Shown: positions 20,597 through 28,966 of the stretch, piece by piece
How positions within the stretch are numbered: position 1 is the stretch's first letter
How the letters are laid out: the number at the start of each line of letters is the position of its first letter
Assembly (NCBI GenBank): GCA_964399425.1
Contig: CAYNQR010000001.1
Span: 68,494-132,493, forward strand
Origin: an uncultured Dehalococcoidales bacterium
Lineage (GTDB): Bacteria > Chloroflexota > Dehalococcoidia > Dehalococcoidales > UBA5627
Length of the DNA stretch: 64,000 nt
Direction of reading: 5' to 3'
Program-made: the position numbers and the translations under genes
Notes under the pieces: model-generated
Databases searched by the model: none
Told to the model about the DNA's origin: nothing
The model's input: only the letters and a program-made list of their open reading frames with translations

Positions 20597-21856
20597 ATGA
20601 ATTATAAAAGCAATCGGGTCGTAGTCACAGGAATCGGAATTGTCAGCCCTCTCGGTTTGGATGCAAATACAACGTGGACGGGGCTTATTAACGGTAAATC
20701 GGGAATCGATTACGTTACACAATTCGATGCCGGTTCTCTCGATACCAAATTCGGAGGAGAAATTAAAGGTTTCGACCCTAACAGCTATATGAGCGCCAAA
20801 GACGCACGGCGCGCCGACCGCTTCGCCCAACTGGCGGTTGCCGCCAGCAAAGAAGCCTTAGTGCAATCGCGGCTTGAGATTAATAACGGTAACGAAAAGA
20901 ATATCGGAGTAATAATAGGCAGCGGCATCGGCGGCCTGACCACTCTCTACGAACAAATGGCGGTTTTGAAGGAAAAAGGCCCTGACAGAGTCAGCCCTTT
21001 CCTGGTGCCGATGATGATCGGCGATATGGCGGCCGGACAGGTATCTATCGCTCTGGGGGCTAAGGGACCGGCTTTGTGCACTACATCCGCCTGTGCCAGC
21101 GGAGCCGACGCCATCGGTGCCGCCTATGAGCTAATCAAACACGGTGAAATTAAAGCTATGATAGCCGGCGGCAGCGAATCTATAATGAACGAAATCGGAT
21201 TTGCCGGTTTCAATGCCCTCAGGGCGTTATCCACCAGAAATGACAACCCCCAGACAGCTTCAAGACCATTCGATAAAGACCGGGATGGATTTGTAATCGG
21301 CGAAGGCGCCGGAGTGCTGGTTCTGGAAAATCTGGAATATGCGCAAGAACGCGGCGCAAATATATTGGCAGAGATTCTTGCTTACGGAGCCTGTGCGGAT
21401 GCATACCATATCACACAACCGAGGGAGGATGCCGAAGGAGCTACCAGCGCTATGAAAATAGCTCTCGATAAAGCGGGATTGCAGCCTGCCGATATAGACT
21501 ATATCAATGCGCATGGCACTTCAACCCCGTTGAACGACAAGACCGAAACCAAGGCAATCAAAAATGCTTTCGGCGATTATGCTCTTAAAGTGCCGGTCAG
21601 TTCGACTAAATCGATGACGGGACACCTGATAGGGGCTGCGGGAGCGGTTGAGGCCGCTATTTGCGTATTCGTCATTCTCAACGGCATCATTCCACCGACA
21701 ATTAATTATTCCATTTCAGACCCTGATTGCGACCTGGATTACGTACCCAATACGGCACGCAAGGCTAACGTTACAAATGCATTATCCAATTCGTTCGGAT
21801 TCGGCGGACATAATTCAACACTTATAATAAGCAGGTATAATGCAGAACGGAATTAA
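20597..21856 (+). CDS. fabF: 3-oxoacyl-ACP synthase II
   Basis: 419 aa with the active-site Cys context 'TTSACASGADAIG', 'NAHGTSTPLND' and 'GFGGHNSTL'. Confidence 0.95.
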   Translation: MNYKSNRVVVTGIGIVSPLGLDANTTWTGLINGKSGIDYVTQFDAGSLDTKFGGEIKGFDPNSYMSAKDARRADRFAQLAVAASKEALVQSRLEINNGNEKNIGVIIGSGIGGLTTLYEQMAVLKEKGPDRVSPFLVPMMIGDMAAGQVSIALGAKGPALCTTSACASGADAIGAAYELIKHGEIKAMIAGGSESIMNEIGFAGFNALRALSTRNDNPQTASRPFDKDRDGFVIGEGAGVLVLENLEYAQERGANILAEILAYGACADAYHITQPREDAEGATSAMKIALDKAGLQPADIDYINAHGTSTPLNDKTETKAIKNAFGDYALKVPVSSTKSMTGHLIGAAGAVEAAICVFVILNGIIPPTINYSISDPDCDLDYVPNTARKANVTNALSNSFGFGGHNSTLIISRYNAERN

Positions 21857-21980
21857 AGGTTATACCAACACCTTTATATTTTTATAGTTTAATATGCAAG
21901 CGATTACTTTGTCAGGAATAGCTGTCCTTTATAACCAGAGGCTTGAGCAATAGCTTTTATCATATCCGGAGCCCGATTTT

Positions 21981-23144
21981 ATGATTATTTTAGAAGAACC
22001 TTATGTATCCGACGATCTACTGGAATATATATATAAATACAAGATTCCGGTTCTTAAAAATGATTATTCCGTATCTAATAACAGGGGATTCGCCCTTAAT
22101 TATATCGGCACCGAAGAAGCCGTTGGGAGATATGACAAAGGCGAACACGTATATACTGTTTCGGAACACAGCCTCGACTGGATATATAATAATCTCCCGG
22201 GCAGCGAACTTGTTGAAAAAATCGGGGTTTGCAAGAATAAAGCCATGTTCAGAACATTGATATCTGAACTGTATCCGGATTTGTTTTTTGAGGAAATCGC
22301 TTTCGAACAACTGAAAGACCTCGATTATGCTAATCTACCCTATCCTGTTATTCTTAAACCTTCGGTCGGCTTTCACAGTATGGGAGTGTATGCTTTATTC
22401 GACCAAAATGATTTTAAAAACGCCCTTTCAGACCTGGCATCGATAACAAAAAACAGGATGGACTTATTCCCCGAAAGTGTCATCGGCACCAAATTTATTC
22501 TGGAACAATACATTCAGGGAGAAGAATTTGCCATCGATGCCTATTTTGATAAGAATGGAACACCCGTGATTCTTAATATCCTGAAACACAGGTTTTCATC
22601 AAAAAGCGACGTTCATGACAGGATATATTATACGACAACGGAGATAATCAGCCGTTATCTTAATCCTTTCACGGAATTTCTTGAACGTATCAACAGCAAA
22701 TTGAATGTTACGGATTTCCCGGTGCATATCGAAGCCAGAATTACCGGTGACGATATAGTTCCAATCGAATTTAATCCTCTGAGGTTTGCGGGAGCATGCT
22801 GTACTGACATTGCTTATTATGCATATGGAATAAATACCGTCGATTGTTATCTCAACCAAACAAAGCCTGATTTTAATGATATTCTTCATCGGAATTCCGA
22901 CAAAATCTATAGCCTGATTCTTGTCGACAAGAATGGAAAGGATATAGACAACAATAAGTTCGATTATAACAGATTGTATAATGACTTCGAACATATCCTG
23001 TCGCTGCGTAAAATCGATAATACGGCTATGGGATTGTTTGCCATTTTATTTACGGAGACAAGCAAAGGCAACGAAGCTGAATTGGATAAGGCATTAACAG
23101 CCGATTATTCCGGGTATATTTTTCAAGAAGATAATGTCAGTTAA
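21981..23144 (+). CDS. ATP-grasp domain protein, substrate unknown
   Basis: 387 aa with 'PVILKPSVGFHSMGV', 'ILEQYIQGEEFAIDAYF' and 'IEFNPLRFAG', an ATP-grasp pattern. The gene looks AT-rich by eye. Confidence 0.7.
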   Translation: MIILEEPYVSDDLLEYIYKYKIPVLKNDYSVSNNRGFALNYIGTEEAVGRYDKGEHVYTVSEHSLDWIYNNLPGSELVEKIGVCKNKAMFRTLISELYPDLFFEEIAFEQLKDLDYANLPYPVILKPSVGFHSMGVYALFDQNDFKNALSDLASITKNRMDLFPESVIGTKFILEQYIQGEEFAIDAYFDKNGTPVILNILKHRFSSKSDVHDRIYYTTTEIISRYLNPFTEFLERINSKLNVTDFPVHIEARITGDDIVPIEFNPLRFAGACCTDIAYYAYGINTVDCYLNQTKPDFNDILHRNSDKIYSLILVDKNGKDIDNNKFDYNRLYNDFEHILSLRKIDNTAMGLFAILFTETSKGNEAELDKALTADYSGYIFQEDNVS

Positions 23145-23247
23145 TTATTTAAACATTTGCCAAATATCACTGTTGGAGTACGTGTAATTTGTATTCGGAG
23201 GTGGGGTGGGTTTTTATTATCTAAAAATAATTATTAAAATATAAATA

Positions 23248-23277
23248 AATACCTGCTAATCGAAACCAGCAGGTATT
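23248..23277 (-). terminator. hairpin downstream of hicB
   Basis: A 10-bp stem, AATACCTGCT/AGCAGGTATT, with T-rich sequence following on the minus strand. Confidence 0.5.
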
Positions 23278-23312
23278 ATGAAACCCATTTTTACTCTACC
23301 ACTAGCAGCAAA

Positions 23313-23708
23313 TCAAACAACTTTTTCTTTTTTTCGGGTGTATTGCCCATCAGCGAAACCGACAGCCCTAGATAATATTGAATCAATATATTGATTAAGA
23401 CTGACATTTTCCAATTCTGCCATTCTCGCAAGTGATTCGTGTAATGACGGCTGTATGCGCAAGTGGAATTGACCAGTATATTTACTGGGCTCAGGAATCG
23501 GCAATCCTTCTTCAATATTTACTTCAATCTTCATACGTTTATGCAATTCTAGTTCTTCTATCGCCTCTGTTTGAGTATTACCAACTCCAATACAATGAGG
23601 AAGTTCTAATAATGTAGCTACATAACAAACACTACCATCGTTGTTTTCATCAGTTTTTACAATAGTTGTATAAGGCAAATTCATATAGTATTCAATATTC
23701 TTTTTCAT
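23313..23708 (-). CDS. hicB: HicB-family antitoxin with a C-terminal RHH DNA-binding domain
   Basis: 131 aa. HicB-like N-domain ('YVATLLELPHCIGVGNTQTEAIEEL') plus an RHH tail ('LHESLARMAELENVSLNQYI'). Confidence 0.8.
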   Translation of the reverse strand: MKKNIEYYMNLPYTTIVKTDENNDGSVCYVATLLELPHCIGVGNTQTEAIEELELHKRMKIEVNIEEGLPIPEPSKYTGQFHLRIQPSLHESLARMAELENVSLNQYIDSILSRAVGFADGQYTRKKEKVV

Positions 23709-23722
23709 TATAACCTCCTTTA

Positions 23723-23944
23723 TTATTTTAATTTATCTATCATTTCCAGTAGATTCCTAACATATAAATGGTGCATTGGATTTTTTCTAGGATAAGGAAG
23801 GCTTTCATTCCCAATAATAGCGACAGCATGATTGCCACCAGTTCTAATCTTACCATACTGGCTAATAAGCCACTCAAAATCTTCAAGAGATACATTCTTG
23901 ATATTTTCTCTTATTTTCAGTTCTCGCTTATCTCTCTTGCCCAT
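23723..23944 (-). CDS. hicA: HicA-family mRNA-interferase toxin (divergent)
   Basis: 73 aa, 14 nt upstream of hicB in toxin-first order. Pattern 'KNVSLEDFEWL...GGNHAV...PYPRKNP...YVRNLL' resembles HicA variants. Confidence 0.65.
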   Translation of the reverse strand: MGKRDKRELKIRENIKNVSLEDFEWLISQYGKIRTGGNHAVAIIGNESLPYPRKNPMHHLYVRNLLEMIDKLK

Positions 23945-24168
23945 TATCTATCCTTATAGAAATATAATACCATATATGGTATATCATATCAATTATTTGA
24001 ATTAATGACATTAATTGTTATCACTTGTCATCTCCCCCCCCCGTTCCCTCCCCATCCCCAATGGCGTATAATACCGGGCATAAAAGACAGTTAACAAACA
24101 AAGGAGGAACACATTCGTGGCTGTAAAGCAAAAAGTTTACAAAAGAGGAAACGCCAAAAAGTTTTAAA

Positions 24169-24243
24169 TGGAGCGGGTGGCGGGATTCGAACCCGTGACG
24201 TCTTGCTTGGGAAGCAAGCACTCTACCGCTGAGTTACACCCGC
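24169..24243 (-). tRNA. tRNA-Gly (anticodon CCC)
   Basis: The reverse complement reads GCGGGTG...CTTGC-TTCCCAA-GCAAG...GGTTCGAATCC...CACCCGC-T-CCA. It folds as a cloverleaf with an encoded CCA and one A:C mismatch in the T stem. Confidence 0.9.
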
Positions 24244-24382
24244 TCAAAAAGGTATATCTATTCTACCGTTAATAACCCTTATCTGTAAAGATAAAAATCC
24301 CCTGTATAAATACAGTATTTTTACTCTCATTATTATTGACACGTTTGCCCATACAATGGATAAGAGACAAATCAAGAGAAAT

Positions 24383-24423
24383 AAAAAAACGGGAAGCAGG
24401 AATTATCTCAACCTCCCGTTTTT
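24383..24423 (-). terminator. rho-independent terminator closing the ftsA-ftsZ (and micro-ORF) unit
   Basis: The minus strand reads ACGGGAGG...CTTCCCGT followed by T7. Confidence 0.6.
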
Positions 24424-24452
24424 ATCAGGGATACAATTCCCCTGTAATTTTC

Positions 24453-24530
24453 TTATTTCTTTTTTGCCGGTTTGGCAGGAGCAGCTGCCGGTTTTCCGCC
24501 TGCCGCTTTCGCTGGAGCTTTGTGACCCAT
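24453..24530 (-). CDS. candidate 25-aa basic Ala/Pro/Lys-rich micro-protein (MGHKAPAKAAGGKPAAAPAKPAKKK)
   Basis: It is below the ORF-track cutoff. AAAGGGGG lies 6 nt upstream of the ATG, the ORF starts 62 nt downstream of the ftsZ stop, and a hairpin plus T7 terminator follows it. Confidence 0.4.
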   Translation of the reverse strand: MGHKAPAKAAGGKPAAAPAKPAKKK

Positions 24531-24592
24531 TTTTAACCCCCTTTCATAGTTCTGGAAAAATTATTTAAATTAAAGAATATTATATCAAATAT

Positions 24593-25687
24593 TTATTTAT
24601 TATTTCTATCTTTTTTATTGAAATGCCGGAAAAAAGAAGGCGTATCCAGTTCATCCTCGTTTTCACTGTTCAAGAGCCGTTTCATGTTTTCCTGTTTCTC
24701 GTCATCCAGCAGTTTTTCTCTGGCTGCGGATTCTTCTCTTGTTTCAAAACCGGTAGCTATAAGTGTCAGACGAATTCTGCTGTCCATAGCAGGTTCCATC
24801 ATTACCCCGAATATTACATTGGCATCCGGAGCGACCGCCTTTTTTATAATCTCCGCAGCGTCATTAACCTCGAAAAGCGTCAGGTCTCTACCGCCGACCA
24901 CGTTAAACATTACTTTCGTAGCTCCGTGAACCGATGCATCCAGCAAAGGGCTGGTCAATGCCTGCTTGGCCGCTTCGACAGCGCGGTTTTGTCCGTTTCC
25001 CCATCCGATAGACATCCAGGCATGTCCTGAATCCTTCATAATAGCCTTAACATCGGCAAAATCGAGATTAATAATACCCGGAACGGTAATTACCTCGGCA
25101 ATTGCCTGCACCCCCTGGTGCAATACTTCATCTGCCATTCGAAACGCATTACTTATATTGGTTCTTTTATCGCAAATATCGAGTATTTTTTCATTCGGAA
25201 CAATTATTAAAGTATCGGCATGCGGAGCAAGATTACGAATACCTTCCTCTGCCACCCTGGCACGATGCAGTCCCTCGAATTTAAAAGGACGCGTAACTAC
25301 CGCTATTGTTAATGCCCCGCTCTTTTTTGCAATCTCGGCGACTACCGGAGCGGAACCCGTTCCGGTTCCGCCACCCATCCCGGCGGTAACGAATACCATG
25401 TCCGAGCCTCTTACTACGGATTGTATTTCATCGAGGCATTCCTCTGCCGCTCTGCGTCCCCTGGTATGGTCACCACCCGCCCCCAACCCGCGTGCCGATC
25501 TTTCACCCAGTTGGATTTTAACGGGCGCTTCAGTTATTTCAAGGTGCTGAGTATCGGTATTCATGGCAATAAACTCGACACCCCTGATTCCTTCCTGAAC
25601 CATTCGCGTTATGGCATTGCACCCGGACCCTCCCATACCTATGACCTTTATCTTAGCCGGACTTGGGACATTTATTGATTGTGTCAT
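24593..25687 (-). CDS. ftsZ: cell division GTPase FtsZ
   Basis: 364 aa with the tubulin signature 'GGGTGTGSAPV' and 'NTDTQHL'. Confidence 0.97.
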   Translation of the reverse strand: MTQSINVPSPAKIKVIGMGGSGCNAITRMVQEGIRGVEFIAMNTDTQHLEITEAPVKIQLGERSARGLGAGGDHTRGRRAAEECLDEIQSVVRGSDMVFVTAGMGGGTGTGSAPVVAEIAKKSGALTIAVVTRPFKFEGLHRARVAEEGIRNLAPHADTLIIVPNEKILDICDKRTNISNAFRMADEVLHQGVQAIAEVITVPGIINLDFADVKAIMKDSGHAWMSIGWGNGQNRAVEAAKQALTSPLLDASVHGATKVMFNVVGGRDLTLFEVNDAAEIIKKAVAPDANVIFGVMMEPAMDSRIRLTLIATGFETREESAAREKLLDDEKQENMKRLLNSENEDELDTPSFFRHFNKKDRNNK

Positions 25688-25713
25688 ATGTTAAACTCTC
25701 CTGCATCTTCTAT

Positions 25714-26901
25714 CTAGGAAATTCCACCCATCAATCTGGAAATATAATTGGCATTCCTCGACTGCTTTTCATTATTCATCAACTTCCATAGTAACAAACC
25801 CACACCGGTCGCATGCATCGGATCACTCAATGCATCGGAAACACCGGGCAACCTGGCCGGATAACCAATTCGGGCAGGTAAATGAGTCGTGCTGACCGCC
25901 AGTTCGGCAAGGCCTGGTATATTGGCCGACCCGCCGCTTAATACCATGCTTAACGAAGCGACATTCGGTAAATCTATCTCGGATAGTTCAATCATTACCA
26001 GCCTTAAAAGCTCTTCCATTCGCGTACTTATTATTTTCGTTAAATTATCATGGGAAATCCTGAAGTCTCCATACACTATATCTTTTTTATCCGGAGCTGC
26101 TCCGCCGTACGGAATAACACTACCGTATTTAATTTTAATTTCCTCAGCCATGTCGAATGAAATTCCGGTGGCAATCGATATATCTCTCGTTACCTGATAT
26201 CCCGATACCGGTAGAACGAAAGCATACCAAGGGCTGCCGTTCTGAAAAACAACGACATCGGTCGTACCGCCGCCGATATCCAGCATGACTGAGCCGTCCT
26301 GTTTTTCCTCTTCTGTCAGTACGGCTTCGGCGCTGGCTAACGGTTCCAGCACTATATCTTCTACTCTTATCCCGCTGCTGCGTACGCATTTTACCAGATT
26401 CTGTACAGATGTGGAGGCTGCCGTTATGATATTCGTTTCGGCATCGAGACGATTGGCGTGCATACCAACAGGGCTGTTTATTCCGGACTGTCCGTCCAGC
26501 GCATAAGACCGGGGGATGACATGCAGTATTTCCCTTCCCTGCGGTAATTCGATATCTCTGGCTATTTTAAGTACGCGTTCCAAATCGATAGGGTGAACAA
26601 TTTTTCTAGCATGCGTTATTGATATCACAGCATGATTATTGATAGAACTTATATGCTTGCCGGTTATGCCGACACAAGCCGATTCCATTTTATATCCGGC
26701 CGCCTGTTCGGCTTTCATAACCGAGAGTTGAATCGATTCCTTGGCTTCTTTAAAATCGGAAACCATACCTTTGTGCAACCCGTTCGAAGGTACGACACCA
26801 ACACCAAGAACAGTAGGCAAACCGCTTTCATCCACCTCTGCCATTATAGTACAAACTTTAGTTGTCCCGACATCGATTGCAGCGAGTCTGTTTTTTTTCA
26901 T
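25714..26901 (-). CDS. ftsA: cell division protein FtsA (actin-like ATPase)
   Basis: 395 aa with 'AAIDVGTTKV' and 'DIGGGTTD'. It lies directly upstream of ftsZ. Confidence 0.93.
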   Translation of the reverse strand: MKKNRLAAIDVGTTKVCTIMAEVDESGLPTVLGVGVVPSNGLHKGMVSDFKEAKESIQLSVMKAEQAAGYKMESACVGITGKHISSINNHAVISITHARKIVHPIDLERVLKIARDIELPQGREILHVIPRSYALDGQSGINSPVGMHANRLDAETNIITAASTSVQNLVKCVRSSGIRVEDIVLEPLASAEAVLTEEEKQDGSVMLDIGGGTTDVVVFQNGSPWYAFVLPVSGYQVTRDISIATGISFDMAEEIKIKYGSVIPYGGAAPDKKDIVYGDFRISHDNLTKIISTRMEELLRLVMIELSEIDLPNVASLSMVLSGGSANIPGLAELAVSTTHLPARIGYPARLPGVSDALSDPMHATGVGLLLWKLMNNEKQSRNANYISRLMGGIS

Positions 26902-27000
26902 CCGTTCTTTAAATACCCCCTTTGAATTGTACGACTTTTTTACATCGGCATATCGATTAAATAAGCCTGAAAAAACTTACCGCAAAATAAATTAAATAAT

Positions 27001-27029
27001 ATACTATCCGAATCAGCAACAATCGTCAA
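27001..27029 (-). promoter_or_regulatory. sigma70-like promoter for ftsA-ftsZ
   Basis: The minus strand reads TTGACG, 17 nt, TAGTAT. It lies just downstream of the terminator of the Ala-rich gene. Confidence 0.5.
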
Positions 27030-27061
27030 TTATTATTCTTTTCAGCATATTACCGATTATT

Positions 27062-27094
27062 AAAAAAATGCCCTGCAAAAACAGGGCATTTTTT
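27062..27094 (-). terminator. rho-independent terminator (bidirectional hairpin) after the Ala-rich gene
   Basis: An A-run, ATGCCCTG, a caaaaa loop, CAGGGCAT, then a T-run. It lies 19 nt downstream of the stop at 27113. Confidence 0.75.
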
Positions 27095-27112
27095 GCATAT
27101 TTTATCTTTATA

Positions 27113-28966
27113 TTAACCGAGCATTATCAATCCCAAACTGATTGTTACCGCTGCAATTATCGAACCGAGCACCGAAAGAACAATAATAGTAGTGAGTTCT
27201 TTCGACGAAAGGACCTTCTTTACCAGCGTTCTCAAGAGGGCTTCCTGTGCCTTCTGCAAAGCCTCTTCAGCTTTAAGGCTGGCTCTATTCGCTATCTCTT
27301 CGGCAGAAGCCTTGACGTCAGCGGCTGCTCTCTCGGCACGTGCGCTGGCAGCCAGGGCTGCGCCCTTGGCATCTTCGGCTGCTCTTCTTGCTTCCTCTGC
27401 CGCCCTCTTGGCTTCCTCTATTTTTGCCGTCGCTTCTTTACTGGTAGCCTTCATAGCAGCTTCGGCAGCTTCTTTGGCGTCCAAAGCCGATTTCGATGCT
27501 CCGGCCAAAGCTGCTTCAGCAGCTTTTTTAGCTTCTTCGGCTGCTCTCTTGGCTTCGAGTATCTTAGCCTGTGCTTCGTCTCCTGTAGCTTTCATGGTCG
27601 CTTCGGCTGCGGACTGTGCATCGATAGATGCCTTATTGGCTAATGCTGCCGCCTTTTCAGCGGCTTTTGCCAGTTCTTCAGCCTTCATAACCAATTTGTG
27701 CAAGGCTTTAGCTGCCGCATCTATGGCATCGTCGCCGGCAAGGTCTGTTTGTTCGGCTTTACCACGAGTTTTTTCCGCCGCTTTAAATGCAGCCAATGCC
27801 GCCTGCTTAGCTTCCTGTCCGGCTTTTTCAGTGCTGTCGGCAAGCGGGCCGGTAACCTTTGTTGCCGCCGCGAGAGCTTCTTCCCCAGCTATATCGGCAA
27901 GTTCAGCCTTTCTTTCGATTTCTTCCGCCAGCCTGAAACCGGCAGCCGCAGTTCTCTTGGCTTTCTTTCCTGCCTCATCGGCTTTGGTTGCCGTTTCAGC
28001 GGATAAATTATTTTCCAGGTCTGTCTGTGCCGTTTTAACGAGCTTAATACTATCATCGAGTTGTTTGTTAATATTACTGGATTGTGCAACAGCAGAATCC
28101 ACAGACCCCTTTGCCATAATAGCCGCCGCCTCAGCCCTTGCCGCTGCTTCCTGCGCTCTCTTCAATGCATCGGCGACTGCTTCCCTGGCTGCCAGGTCAA
28201 GCTCTTCCGCTTTTCTGGCAGCTTCTTCAGCCGCATATCTGGCATTCCTGGCGGTTTCTTCGGCCTTAGCCGCAGCATCTTCCGCCCTGGCTACAGCTTC
28301 TGCCGCAGCCTGAATAGCGGATTCCGATGCTTCCCTTGCCGCCGCAGCCGCTTCTTCCGCTTTTCTGATTGCTTCGGCAGCCTTTTTGGCGGCATCCGCT
28401 GCTGCCATAGCAGCCGCTCTCGCTGCTTCTTCCTGCGCTTCCTTGGCAATTCTGGCGGCTTCTTCAGCCTTTTTAGATGCTTCCGCTGCTGCTTCCCGTG
28501 CTGCCTTAGCAGCTGCCGCAGCATCAGCTTTTGCTAATGCGCCGGCTTCCTCAGCTCGCTTAACAGCTTCACTGGCAGCTAATTTTGCCGACTGAGCGGC
28601 ATCTCGCGAACTTTTATCAGCTTCCTCTGATTTCGCAGCAGCTTTCTCGGCTGCGATTATGGCGTCTTTTGCAATTTTTTCTGCTTTTGCAGCAGCTTCC
28701 GCCGCTGCCCTGGTAGCATCGCCGGCGGCTTTCTCGCCAGCCTTACGCGCTTCTTCAGCCCTTTTACCGGCTTCCAGCGAAGCCTGTGTAGCTGCCGTAG
28801 CCGCTTCTCTCGAAGAACGCGCAGCTTCTTCAGCCCTTTTTGCCGCAGCTGCAGCAGCGCGAATATTGTCGTCCATTTCATCCAATATCTGCGGCAGCGG
28901 CTTCTGCATTATTTTAGGAGTATCAACTTGTTCGGTCAGCCTGTTTTCATTTTCTTTATTTACCAC
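27113..28966 (-). CDS. alanine-rich coiled-coil protein with a single C-terminal transmembrane anchor (tail-anchored)
   Basis: 617 aa. About 500 aa are low-complexity A/E/K/R helix ('KRAEEAA', 'AAKAEE' recurring). The C-terminal 26 aa, 'TTIIVLSVLGSIIAAVTISLGLIMLG', are hydrophobic. GTG start with AGGAG 9 nt upstream, and the gene has its own terminator. Confidence 0.8.
   Translation of the reverse strand: MVNKENENRLTEQVDTPKIMQKPLPQILDEMDDNIRAAAAAAKRAEEAARSSREAATAATQASLEAGKRAEEARKAGEKAAGDATRAAAEAAAKAEKIAKDAIIAAEKAAAKSEEADKSSRDAAQSAKLAASEAVKRAEEAGALAKADAAAAAKAAREAAAEASKKAEEAARIAKEAQEEAARAAAMAAADAAKKAAEAIRKAEEAAAAAREASESAIQAAAEAVARAEDAAAKAEETARNARYAAEEAARKAEELDLAAREAVADALKRAQEAAARAEAAAIMAKGSVDSAVAQSSNINKQLDDSIKLVKTAQTDLENNLSAETATKADEAGKKAKRTAAAGFRLAEEIERKAELADIAGEEALAAATKVTGPLADSTEKAGQEAKQAALAAFKAAEKTRGKAEQTDLAGDDAIDAAAKALHKLVMKAEELAKAAEKAAALANKASIDAQSAAEATMKATGDEAQAKILEAKRAAEEAKKAAEAALAGASKSALDAKEAAEAAMKATSKEATAKIEEAKRAAEEARRAAEDAKGAALAASARAERAAADVKASAEEIANRASLKAEEALQKAQEALLRTLVKKVLSSKELTTIIVLSVLGSIIAAVTISLGLIMLG

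Noticed and set aside
21894-21953. A 19-codon ORF (MQAITLSGIAVLYNQRLEQ) upstream of the ATP-grasp gene, considered as a possible graspetide/RiPP precursor.
   Set aside because: It has no SD. The peptide lacks the Thr/Ser plus Asp/Glu/Lys-rich core expected for ATP-grasp-crosslinked peptides. No protease or transporter genes are nearby.
24021-24221. A 66 aa minus-strand ORF ('...RHGFESRHPLH...').
   Set aside because: It reads through tRNA-Gly. The 'GFES/RHPL'-type peptide is the usual translation of a tRNA T arm and acceptor.
24966-25550. A 194 aa plus-strand ORF is antisense to ftsZ. Similar long antisense ORFs lie opposite fhs (43373-43879) and topA (33397-33912).
   Set aside because: These are shadow ORFs opposite highly conserved genes, with no SD or domain signal.
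27192-28313. A 373 aa plus-strand ORF, together with several other 60-160 aa ORFs on both strands (27068-29027), overlaps the Ala-rich gene.
   Set aside because: These are artefacts of GCN-rich low-complexity sequence, which lacks stop codons in several frames. Their products are Ala/Ser/Cys/Phe strings with no start context. The minus-strand 617 aa frame has the SD, the TM anchor and the terminator.
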